Positions 19,966 through 27,643 of a stretch of DNA of 64,000 nt are shown piece by piece. The DNA is taken from assembly GCA_043811535.1 (NCBI GenBank), contig JBDRNC010000012.1, forward strand, positions 32,001 through 96,000. Direction: 5' to 3'. This stretch comes from Elusimicrobiota bacterium. GTDB lineage: Bacteria; Elusimicrobiota; Endomicrobiia; Endomicrobiales; JBDRNC01. Every line of letters begins with the position of its first letter. The stretch's first letter is position 1. Position numbers and translations under genes: made by a program. The notes beneath the pieces were generated by a model. That model had not been told where the DNA came from. It saw only the letters and a list, made by a program, of their open reading frames with translations, and did no database searches.

Positions 19966-20106
19966 AATATTCGTTGTGTTTGATATTTTACTAAACTTTT
20001 TGTCAGTAAACAAGGAATACTTAAGATAGGAATTACATAGGCGATAAGACCATTTGACAGTACTACCCTACCCGCCCCACCCCGGAATTAAATACCTTTT
20101 ATAAAC

Positions 20107-20289
20107 TGCAAATAATGGACAACATTGTGGTCTGTCCGTTATTTTGCATAGGTTAAGTCCGTTATTATAAACTACCACTTTTAGGAGTAATTTAAACGAT
20201 CAGGCAGTAATTTTTCGATATTTTCAGATTTTTTTCAGATTTTTTGTCGTCGAGGGGGTCCGTTATTCCGTCGGAGGTTGTCCATTATT
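20107..20289. repeat. Five copies of GTCCRTTATT (one inverted); candidate recombinase binding sites
   Basis: AATAATGGAC at 20111 (inverted); GTCCGTTATT at 20134, 20157, 20258; GTCCATTATT at 20280. Confidence 0.75.
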
Positions 20290-20325
20290 AAGAGTCGCCT
20301 GCTCTACCAATTGAGCTAGCAGTCC
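20287..20325 (-). pseudogene. 5' half of tRNA-Lys(CTT), broken right after the anticodon loop
   Basis: GGACTGC-TA-GCTC-AATTGGTA-GAGC-A-GGCGA-CTCTTAA-T, then non-tRNA sequence. Confidence 0.85.
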
Positions 20326-20353
20326 GATCTAAATTCCCATTATGTAGAAAGAG

Positions 20354-20382
20354 ATTTTATCAAACTAGGGCTGATAAGTCAA
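20354..20382 (-). promoter_or_regulatory. Sigma70-type promoter of the tRNA-Lys fragment
   Basis: TTGACT-17 bp-TAAAAT on the minus strand. Confidence 0.7.
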
Positions 20383-20498
20383 GAAAACGACAGTATTGAG
20401 TATGAAGTTATGAGTATGGAGTATGAATAAAAACATTGGTTTTTTAAACAAAATCCTCTTACCCGGAACTGCGAACTCGACACCCAGAACCGTCGTAT

Positions 20499-20527
20499 TT
20501 GACTTTATCACCTCTTTCTCATATAAT
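20499..20527 (+). promoter_or_regulatory. Sigma70-type promoter of ogg
   Basis: TTGACT-17 bp-TATAAT. Confidence 0.75.
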
Positions 20528-20535
20528 AAGTGGCG

Positions 20536-21195
20536 ATGAAAACCGCTAACGCGAAACGCATCAAAGCGCTTAAAAACGAGTGGAAACATATTAAACCCGC
20601 CATTGTTTCAAGACTGGCCGACTTCAGGCAACTTTTCGAATCAGCGCGCGAAGACAGGATCTTCAGCGAACTTGCGTTCTGTTTGTTTACGCCTCAGTCA
20701 AAAGCCAGACACTGCTGGCAGGCCGTTCAATCCCTTGAACAGAAAGGATTGCTCCACAAGAACGTTCCCGGGAAGATCGCCGCTGAAATAAATAAGGTCC
20801 GTTTCAGGAACAACAAGGCCCGATATCTTGTAAAAGCGAGGAAACAGTTTCTCCGCGGCAACAAGCTGAACATAAAACCCCTGATAAAAAGTTTTAACAG
20901 CGTCTTTGACGCCAGGGAATGGCTGGCCAGGAACGTGAAAGGACTCGGATACAAGGAAGCCAGCCACTTCCTGAGAAATATCGGGCTTGGACGGGACCTG
21001 GCCATACTTGACCGGCATATACTCAAAAACATGAAACTTCTCGGAGTTATCAGGGAAATCCCTAAGACGCTCACGCGAAACAGATATCTTGAAATCGAAA
21101 GCAAACTTAGAAAGTTCTCCGAAAGGACCGAAATACCCTTGGACCATCTTGACCTGTTATTCTGGCAGAGAGAGACCGGAGAAATATTCAAGTAA
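20536..21195 (+). CDS. ogg: N-glycosylase/DNA lyase (8-oxoguanine DNA glycosylase, Thermotoga/archaeal Ogg type)
   Basis: ELAFCLFTPQS, VRFRNNKARY, HhH VKGLGYKEASHFLRNIG, AILDRHIL, DLLFW...GEIFK. Confidence 0.9.
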   Translation: MKTANAKRIKALKNEWKHIKPAIVSRLADFRQLFESAREDRIFSELAFCLFTPQSKARHCWQAVQSLEQKGLLHKNVPGKIAAEINKVRFRNNKARYLVKARKQFLRGNKLNIKPLIKSFNSVFDAREWLARNVKGLGYKEASHFLRNIGLGRDLAILDRHILKNMKLLGVIREIPKTLTRNRYLEIESKLRKFSERTEIPLDHLDLLFWQRETGEIFK

Positions 21196-21285
21196 AATTC
21201 GCTCCTTTGGAATATTTAATATCGAATTTTACGCAGTACTTTGCCGGTTTTTCGGCAAAGTATAAATCACATATAGGAGCTGTTC

Positions 21286-21807
21286 ATGGACCTTAAAACA
21301 CTGCAAAAGCTCAGCTACGGGATGTATATTGTCTCAGCCCATAAGGGCGAAAAGCTTAACGGACAGATAGCCAACACGATGTTCCAGATAACGGCCGACC
21401 CGCCGGCTATAGCCGTCAGCATCAACAAGCAGAACCTGACGCACGAATATATTCTGGCGTCCAATTCATTCGCCGTTTCCATTATTACCACGGAAGCAAC
21501 GATGCCGTTCATAGGCATATTCGGCTTTAAAAGCGGCCGCGACACGGATAAGTTCAAGGACTGCAATTTCAGGACCGGCGTGACAGGCAATCCCATAATC
21601 CATAATTACTGTCTGGGTTTCGTGGAAGCGGAAGTTACCGGCTCGCTTGACTGCGGAACGCACACAGTTTTCCTCGGGAAAATAGCGGATGCCGGGATAT
21701 TTGACGATAAAGAACCCATGACATACGCGTATTACCATCAGGTTAAAGGCGGCAAGACCCAGAAAAACGCCCCTACCTACATCCCCCCTGAACCAAAAAA
21801 AGGATAA
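21286..21807 (+). CDS. Flavin reductase family protein (DIM6/NTAB; resembles the N-domain of high-molecular-weight rubredoxin)
   Basis: LSYGMYIV, NGQIANT, FGFKSGRDTDKF, GTHTVFLG, PMTYAYYHQVKGG. Confidence 0.88.
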   Translation: MDLKTLQKLSYGMYIVSAHKGEKLNGQIANTMFQITADPPAIAVSINKQNLTHEYILASNSFAVSIITTEATMPFIGIFGFKSGRDTDKFKDCNFRTGVTGNPIIHNYCLGFVEAEVTGSLDCGTHTVFLGKIADAGIFDDKEPMTYAYYHQVKGGKTQKNAPTYIPPEPKKG

Positions 21808-21812
21808 TCATT

Positions 21813-22769
21813 ATGAATGAACTCCGGCCAAAAGTATCTATCATAGGCTGCGGAAACGTTGGCATACGCTATGCCTACTCGCTCATGATAAGCGGGCTTG
21901 CCAGAAGCATCGTGCTCATAGACAGGGATAGGAAGCGCGCTGAGGGAGAGGCGATGGATCTTTCACACGGAGCACCGTATTCGGCCCCGGTGGAGATAAC
22001 AGCCGGCGACTACGCCGATACAAAGGATTCCGACCTTGTCGTTATAACAGCCGGAAAGAAACAGCTTCCCGGACAGACCAGGATCGATCTTGTCAAAGAC
22101 AACATAGGCGTGTATAAAACACTTATTCCTGAAATAATAAAGCATGCCCCTTCGGCCATTCTGCTCATTGTGAGCAATCCGGTGGACATTCTTTCCTACG
22201 CCGCTTATAAAATTTCCGGAAAACCTTCGAATGAAGTCATCGGCTCAGGCACGGTGCTTGATTCCGCCCGGCTGAGATTCCTGATAGCGAAACACTGCCG
22301 CATAGACCCTCATAACGTGCACGCCTACGTCCTTGGAGAGCACGGCGACACCGAGTTCCCAGTCTGGAGCAAGGCCATGATAGGCGGGATGATATTGAAA
22401 GAATACTGCCCGTTCTGCGAGTGGAACAAGACCTGCAACCACGAACAGGAGCTCCGGAATATTTTCACCGAGGTCAGGGATTCGGCATACAGGATAATCG
22501 AGCGGAAGGGCGAAACCTCGTACGGCATCGGGCTCGCGCTTACAAGGATAACGCGCGCCGTGCTGCGCGACGAAAACGCCGTTCTGCCTGTCTCATCGCT
22601 TATTGCAGGTTATTACAGGCTCAATGACGTGTATCTCAGCATACCGGCCGTAGTAAACAGGAAAGGCGTCAGGGAACAGCTCAAGGCGGAGTTGAACGAA
22701 GAAGAACAGAAAGCGCTGTTAGCTTCCGCTGATTCGCTGAAAAATGTCATAGCCCAGTGCGGGCTATGA
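21813..22769 (+). CDS. ldh: L-lactate dehydrogenase
   Basis: GCGNVG Rossmann motif, GEAMDLSHG, PGQTRIDL (LDH-type Gln), SNPVD, GTVLDSARL, GEHGD, KGETSYGIG. Confidence 0.92.
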   Translation: MNELRPKVSIIGCGNVGIRYAYSLMISGLARSIVLIDRDRKRAEGEAMDLSHGAPYSAPVEITAGDYADTKDSDLVVITAGKKQLPGQTRIDLVKDNIGVYKTLIPEIIKHAPSAILLIVSNPVDILSYAAYKISGKPSNEVIGSGTVLDSARLRFLIAKHCRIDPHNVHAYVLGEHGDTEFPVWSKAMIGGMILKEYCPFCEWNKTCNHEQELRNIFTEVRDSAYRIIERKGETSYGIGLALTRITRAVLRDENAVLPVSSLIAGYYRLNDVYLSIPAVVNRKGVREQLKAELNEEEQKALLASADSLKNVIAQCGL

Positions 22770-22790
22770 CCAATAATTGGCAATTGGCTA

Positions 22791-23162
22791 TTAGCGATTA
22801 GTTAACTGCTTATCCTTCACACTGTTTATCAACCCCTGGAGCATTCTGCTAATTTCCTGTATTTTTTCATCGATAGCACTATATTCTTTTGGCACGATAT
22901 AACCTAAACTTAATGCTATTTCCATTTGAGCATCCAACTCACTCACTGATCCCCTGGATATTGTGAAAAACCGTATCTTTTCCTGGCTACCGCTTCTAGC
23001 ACATCCTTCTGCTATATTAGAAGCTATTGATACTCCAGCTCTTTTCATCTGCGAAGTCAAACCAAATACTTCCTCTCTGGGGAATTTTGAAACCAAACCA
23101 TAAACGTCTTTGATTAAACCGATCACCTTGCCCCAAATGTGCAGCTTTTTATGTAACTTCAT
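22791..23162 (-). CDS. Four-helix-bundle protein (23S rRNA IVP / TIGR02436 family)
   Basis: FPREEVFGLTSQMKRAGVSIASNIAEG, ISRGSVSEL. Confidence 0.9.
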   Translation of the reverse strand: MKLHKKLHIWGKVIGLIKDVYGLVSKFPREEVFGLTSQMKRAGVSIASNIAEGCARSGSQEKIRFFTISRGSVSELDAQMEIALSLGYIVPKEYSAIDEKIQEISRMLQGLINSVKDKQLTNR

Positions 23163-23201
23163 ACGCCCCCCTCTTCTTCACTAATTGCCAATTGCTAATG
23201 G

Positions 23202-24590
23202 CTAATTGCGGTCTTTAGAATATCTCGATCCCAGTATCCCTATCTTCTTATATATCCCGAAATTTTCAGCGGTCAAAATTGACGCCGGTTTCAGCGTGGA
23301 TTCCCCGAATTTCCTGTTTATCTCGTCAACTGTTTGCGTCAGAGTGCTCTTTCTCTCAAGTTCTTCTAGCAGGAAGTGCTGTCCCGTATCAACCGACAGG
23401 CCGGAGATGCTCACCCCGAGCATGCGCACACCCTGTTTCAACGGAAGGATCTGCTCAAATATCCTGTAAGCGTTGAAATATATGTCATAGCCGGTCTTTA
23501 TACAGTGCTGCAGCCGCCTCTGTTTCGAAAACGTGAAAAAATCCCCGTACCTCACAACCAGGCTCACCGTCCGGCCCGCGAATTTCTTCTCCCTGAGGCG
23601 CCTGCCGGTCTTTTCGGAAAGCATCAGCAGGTAGGACTTTATGATGTCCAAGTTGAGCGTGTCCTTCGGCAGTGTATAGCTGTGCCCCACCGATTTTACC
23701 TCGTCAACCTCGGAATACCTCTTTACGGAGGAATCATCTTTTCCGAGACCGATATTCTTTAAATGGTACCCGAGAAAGCCGAAATACTCCGTCAGCATCG
23801 ATATCGGCGCATCGCCCAGCTCTTTTGCCGTGCATATGCCCATTGATTGGAGTTTTTCCGAAAGTTTCCTGCCTATCCCGACGCCATGGAGCTCCTCCAC
23901 GGGAAAGTTTTCGAAAAATTCAGGTATTTCCGCTTCCGTTATCCTGACAAGGCCGTCGGGTTTCTGGAGTTTGGCCGCGATCTTTGCCATCGTTTTATTG
24001 GGTCCTATGCCTACCGAACACAAAAGCCCCGTCTCTTCCTTTACCCTTTTCTTCACCTTTCTCCCGATGTCTTCGGGCGTCACGCCGTTCCTGCCCGCCA
24101 CGGCGGGCAAGCACAAGTGCGTGACGTCAAGATAACACTCGTCTATGGAAAAGACTTCGACCTGATCGGTGAATTCAAGGAGTATCTTGTGTATCCTCAG
24201 CGACGTGTCCACGTATTTGTCCAGGTCCCCGCACACGACTATGAGTCCCGGGCAAAGCCGCTTCGCTTCCGGAAGCGACATAGCGGTCTTTATGCCGTAT
24301 TTCCTCGCCTCGTAAGACACCGTTGTCACTATCGTGCGGGAAGGGGTGACGACTTTCCTGCCGCCTTCGTCATTTTCCTTACGGAGACCATTAGGAAGTC
24401 TTATCGAATTATGCGACGTCCCCGTAGCGGGACGGAGACCCCTAATGTCCGTAAAATTACACGACGTCCCCGTAGCGGGATAGCCGCGACCGGAAACGGC
24501 GACCGGCTTCCCCCTGAGAGCGGGATTGCAGACCTGTTCTACCGAGGCGAAATAGGCGTTCATGTCGATAAGAATAATTATTTTTTCCAT
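23202..24590 (-). CDS. dinB: DNA polymerase IV, with in-frame repeat insertions
   Basis: IDMNAYFASVEQ, SYEARKYG, SIDECYLD, SVGIGPNK..AKIAA..QKPDG. Start set at ATG 24590; the ORF-track extension is repeat-derived. Confidence 0.93.
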   Translation of the reverse strand: MEKIIILIDMNAYFASVEQVCNPALRGKPVAVSGRGYPATGTSCNFTDIRGLRPATGTSHNSIRLPNGLRKENDEGGRKVVTPSRTIVTTVSYEARKYGIKTAMSLPEAKRLCPGLIVVCGDLDKYVDTSLRIHKILLEFTDQVEVFSIDECYLDVTHLCLPAVAGRNGVTPEDIGRKVKKRVKEETGLLCSVGIGPNKTMAKIAAKLQKPDGLVRITEAEIPEFFENFPVEELHGVGIGRKLSEKLQSMGICTAKELGDAPISMLTEYFGFLGYHLKNIGLGKDDSSVKRYSEVDEVKSVGHSYTLPKDTLNLDIIKSYLLMLSEKTGRRLREKKFAGRTVSLVVRYGDFFTFSKQRRLQHCIKTGYDIYFNAYRIFEQILPLKQGVRMLGVSISGLSVDTGQHFLLEELERKSTLTQTVDEINRKFGESTLKPASILTAENFGIYKKIGILGSRYSKDRN

Positions 24591-24596
24591 ACCAGA

Positions 24597-24668
24597 ATGG
24601 ACAAATGGCCATATGGCTAAATTGTCAAAGACTTTTAGCCATTCAGCCATTTAACAATTTAACCGTTA
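24597..24668. repeat. Intergenic palindromic array of ~8-bp periodic repeats (ATGGCTAA...TTAGCCAT)
   Basis: Same family at 30693-30758, 31686-31750, 48678-48780 and 62497-62600. Confidence 0.8.
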
Positions 24669-24910
24669 ACAGTACTTTTTTCCAATCTCCAGGCGAGGGT
24701 TTTCTGGTTAAGCGATATCTCAAACAGGGTAGCACCGTCCGTGACCGAGAAAAAGATGATATTAGCCTCGCCCTCCCTGTCCTGCCAGGTGAAGGTGGTC
24801 TCCTTTATCTCGTACTTGCGGTTTTTCCACAGGAACCATTTCGGCCTTATCTTGTTCTTGCCGAAAACAGCCCCCACATCGATGGGTTCATTGATGATGG
24901 TTTCTTCCAT
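24659..24910 (-). CDS. Small DinB-associated protein (DUF6504-like)
   Basis: PKWFLWKNRKYEI..TFTW....FSV...FEI...WRL pattern; lies between lexA and dinB. Confidence 0.7.
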   Translation of the reverse strand: MEETIINEPIDVGAVFGKNKIRPKWFLWKNRKYEIKETTFTWQDREGEANIIFFSVTDGATLFEISLNQKTLAWRLEKSTVNG

Positions 24911-24911
24911 G

Positions 24912-25499
24912 TTAGATCTTCCTGGAAAGGTAGACAACTTTGCCGATTATCCGGATATCATTGGAATGTATAGGCCTGTATTTTGGATTAGCGGGTTCAA
25001 GATAAACATCTCTTCCTTTTTTGCGGAGTTTCTTCACGGTAGCTTCGCCGCCGGCCATGGCGACAACTATATCTCCGGAATCGGCGGTCTGCTGATGCCT
25101 GACAACAACTATATCACCCTCCAGTATGCCGGCGCCGGTCATGCTGTCGCCTTTGACCTTAAGCGCGAAACAATCCCCTTTCCCGGCGATATCCCTATCT
25201 ATGTGAACATGTCCCTCTATGTCCTCAATTGGCGGCACGGGGCTGCCCGCGGGCACCCTGCCCAGCACGGGTACTGTGGCATGAGGCGTCCGCGAAGCGA
25301 TATCCAGCCCGCGAGATATCCCGGGGCTGTGCTTGACATACCCTTTGCGCACCAGCGCCGAGATATGTTTCTGAGCAGCCCCTATATTTACGTTGAACCG
25401 CGCGGCTGTTTCGCGCACCGTAGGGGCATGTCCGGAACTAGACAAGTGTTCCTCTATAAAATCCAGGACTTTCTTCTGTCTGTCAGTTATTTTTCTCAT
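24912..25499 (-). CDS. lexA: LexA repressor
   Basis: T.RQ..VL.FI...PTVRE wHTH; VPAG cleavage site; GDSM catalytic Ser; TVKK catalytic Lys. Confidence 0.95.
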   Translation of the reverse strand: MRKITDRQKKVLDFIEEHLSSSGHAPTVRETAARFNVNIGAAQKHISALVRKGYVKHSPGISRGLDIASRTPHATVPVLGRVPAGSPVPPIEDIEGHVHIDRDIAGKGDCFALKVKGDSMTGAGILEGDIVVVRHQQTADSGDIVVAMAGGEATVKKLRKKGRDVYLEPANPKYRPIHSNDIRIIGKVVYLSRKI

Positions 25500-26006
25500 A
25501 TTTTCTTTTTTTGAGGTAGATTCAGTGTCAGGTACCTCAATGATATAAATATGTTCTTCATGTTATCGTCATGAATCGTTACTTTTTTCTCCAGTTCGCC
25601 TATCTTCCCGGCAATTTCCCTGTAATTAGGCAGGTATTCCTTCATCTTCACAAAAGCCCGCATGATGTGTATATTCACCTGTATCGCCCGTTCGCTGTTC
25701 AAAATACTGGAAAGCATGGCCACACCATGTTCGGTAAAGACATAAGGCAGTTGAGATGAATATTTCAATACTCTTAAGTGGTCGCATTTTGCGACCACCT
25801 CATTTTTTCTCATCTCCCGACAACTTGAACATAAAATCAGGAGGAAACCTTCTAATATTCCTTTTTACCTGCTCATTCAAACGTTTTGTAGGAACACCGT
25901 ATAGCTCCGCCAAATCCCTGTCCAGCATCACCTTGACACCGCGGACAACCAAAATCTTTAACAGTAATCCTGACGAATCAACAAGCGCAATTGCATTTTT
26001 AGCCAT
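25496..26006 (-). pseudogene. ORF6N-domain DNA-binding protein split by a frameshift
   Basis: RGVKVMLDRDLAELYGV..KRLNEQVKRN..RFP.DFMF and PYVFTEHGVAMLSSILNS are in different frames; the shift falls in an A6 run at 25803-25808. Confidence 0.85.
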
Positions 26007-26046
26007 TTTACCTCCCCCATTTTATCCGATTTGGCTAACCACTGAT

Positions 26047-26075
26047 ATTATAGTATACAAATGTATACCTGTCAA
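26047..26075 (-). promoter_or_regulatory. Consensus sigma70 promoter with palindromic operator GTATAC-N4-GTATAC in the spacer
   Basis: TTGACA-ggtatacatttgtatac-TATAAT upstream of ORF6N-lexA-dinB. Confidence 0.85.
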
Positions 26076-26249
26076 GTGTCGCTCTGGGCATTTTCTCGAA
26101 GAACGTCCTCGCAGCACTCGGACTCCCGCACGAGACCCTCCCACTAGCCCAAGTTGGGCTCGTGAGGGTCTTCTCGGAAAATACCCCTCGCTTTGCATGA
26201 GAGACAAGGACATCAAGGCACTTTCTCGGAAATATTCCTCACTCGCGAC

Positions 26250-26285
26250 AAAAAATAAAAAAGACCGGCGCTCAACCGCCGGTCT
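26250..26285 (-). terminator. Intrinsic terminator downstream of the DUF72 gene
   Basis: AGACCGGCG-gttgag-CGCCGGTCT-TTTTTATTTTT. Confidence 0.75.
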
Positions 26286-26308
26286 ATCCGGTTGACTTAA
26301 ACTAGTCC

Positions 26309-27121
26309 CTAGTCACTAGCCCCTAGCAACTGTCTTAAGGACATCGCGTTTTTTACGGCGGAGCCGGCGTGGCAGTTGTTGAAGAATACGTAGGTTTTAC
26401 CGGAGAGTTTTTCCATCTTCTTTATTTCCGGAAGGAATTCACTGAGCTCTTTGCCGGAATACAGGTAGTCGTACCGCTCGCTCGCGGGAGCGTTGAACCA
26501 GTTCTTGTTGCGGCCGTGGAGCCGCAGGTAGGCGGGTGAAGACGTGACCTCGTTCATGAAAGGCATTAATCTTGGCAATTTAGGCTCATCCACCGCGCAA
26601 TAAGATATGCTATTTGACTTCAGGAATTCAAACGTATCCGGCTTCGCCCATTTTTCATTGCGAAACTCTATCACGAGCGGTATCCCGGAAAACTTCTCTC
26701 TGCATTCAAACATATAATCTTTCGACTGTTCGGCGGGCGTAAAAAACACGGGGAACTGAAGCAGCACCGCGCCGAGTTTCCCCTTATCTTTCAGGGGCTG
26801 AAGCGAATATATGAACTTATCCATGTTCTGACGCGCCAGATCGAAGGACGGCTTCCTATCTCCAAGGCGCGAGTCAAACGGATCATGCGTTATGCCCCTG
26901 TATCCCTTGACGACGAATTCAAAACCGGGCCCTGTTTTTTTCTCCATGCCCTCAAAGGATTTGGCGGAAACAAGCGTATAGTAGGTGGAATTTATCTCCA
27001 CGCAGTCAAACCCGAATTCCCGCTGGTAATATTCAAGAGCCTCTTTCGGCTGAAGATTTTCGGGATAGGCCGTCCCGCGCCAGTCCGCGAATGAAAATCC
27101 GGATGTGCCGATCCTTATCAT
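26309..27121 (-). CDS. DUF72 family protein (YecE-like)
   Basis: IRIGTSGFSF.DW, VEINSTYY, LLQFP, EFRN, YLRLHGRN, YDYLYS, FFNN. Confidence 0.92.
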   Translation of the reverse strand: MIRIGTSGFSFADWRGTAYPENLQPKEALEYYQREFGFDCVEINSTYYTLVSAKSFEGMEKKTGPGFEFVVKGYRGITHDPFDSRLGDRKPSFDLARQNMDKFIYSLQPLKDKGKLGAVLLQFPVFFTPAEQSKDYMFECREKFSGIPLVIEFRNEKWAKPDTFEFLKSNSISYCAVDEPKLPRLMPFMNEVTSSPAYLRLHGRNKNWFNAPASERYDYLYSGKELSEFLPEIKKMEKLSGKTYVFFNNCHAGSAVKNAMSLRQLLGASD

Positions 27122-27504
27122 CCCACCCTCTTTAGAAGATACACAACCGCGGCCGCCACCGCAAATATAACAACCGCCCAGACAACCACTATTGATATAA
27201 TGAAAAACATTTTAATTTTTCCAAGCTTGATAACCGCCTCTTCGGACCTGGCCCTGTGGTCTTTCAATACTTCCGGAGGTATCAGCCTGAAAGCCATGTA
27301 TATTCCCAGGGGAATGATTATTATATCGTCAAGATGCCCTATTACGGGTATAAAATCCGGTATCAGGTCCACCGGGCTGACTGCGTACAGCACTACCAGC
27401 ACGGCGATCAGCCTCGCGTACCACGGCGTCCTCTTGTCGCGGAACGCGTGATACAGCAGAAAAACATCCGATTTCAGGTTCCTGGCAGTTTTTTTAAGAT
27501 TCAT
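27118..27504 (-). CDS. YkvA / DUF1232 membrane protein
   Basis: RTPWYAR, YAVSPVDLIPDFIPVIGHLDD. Confidence 0.9.
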   Translation of the reverse strand: MNLKKTARNLKSDVFLLYHAFRDKRTPWYARLIAVLVVLYAVSPVDLIPDFIPVIGHLDDIIIIPLGIYMAFRLIPPEVLKDHRARSEEAVIKLGKIKMFFIISIVVVWAVVIFAVAAAVVYLLKRVG

Positions 27505-27514
27505 AATAGTTCAT

Positions 27515-27542
27515 GTAGACTGGCACTTAAGTGCCAGTCTAC
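27515..27542. repeat. Perfect 28-bp GTAG-type palindrome (REP-like)
   Basis: GTAGACTGGCACTTAAGTGCCAGTCTAC. Confidence 0.7.
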
Positions 27543-27643
27543 TGGCGTATACGGGTTGGTTCCGGCGGACGTAGGCGGGCAAACAAAAAAACACACCAAC
27601 GGAAACATCCGTGATGTGTTCGCTTGGTGAATAGGATTCATCC

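Noticed and set aside
19899..20325. Single intron-containing tRNA formed from the two fragments
   Set aside because: The fragments carry different anticodon arms (Lys-CTT and Ser-CGA), their acceptor stems do not pair, and no group I core was recognised.
22791..23162. Diversity-generating retroelement (Avd-like protein)
   Set aside because: No reverse transcriptase and no TR/VR pair with adenine-specific mismatches were seen in the window.
24381..24480. CRISPR array in dinB
   Set aside because: Only one full and two partial repeats, inside a coding frame, with no leader or cas genes. Kept as an insertion element instead.
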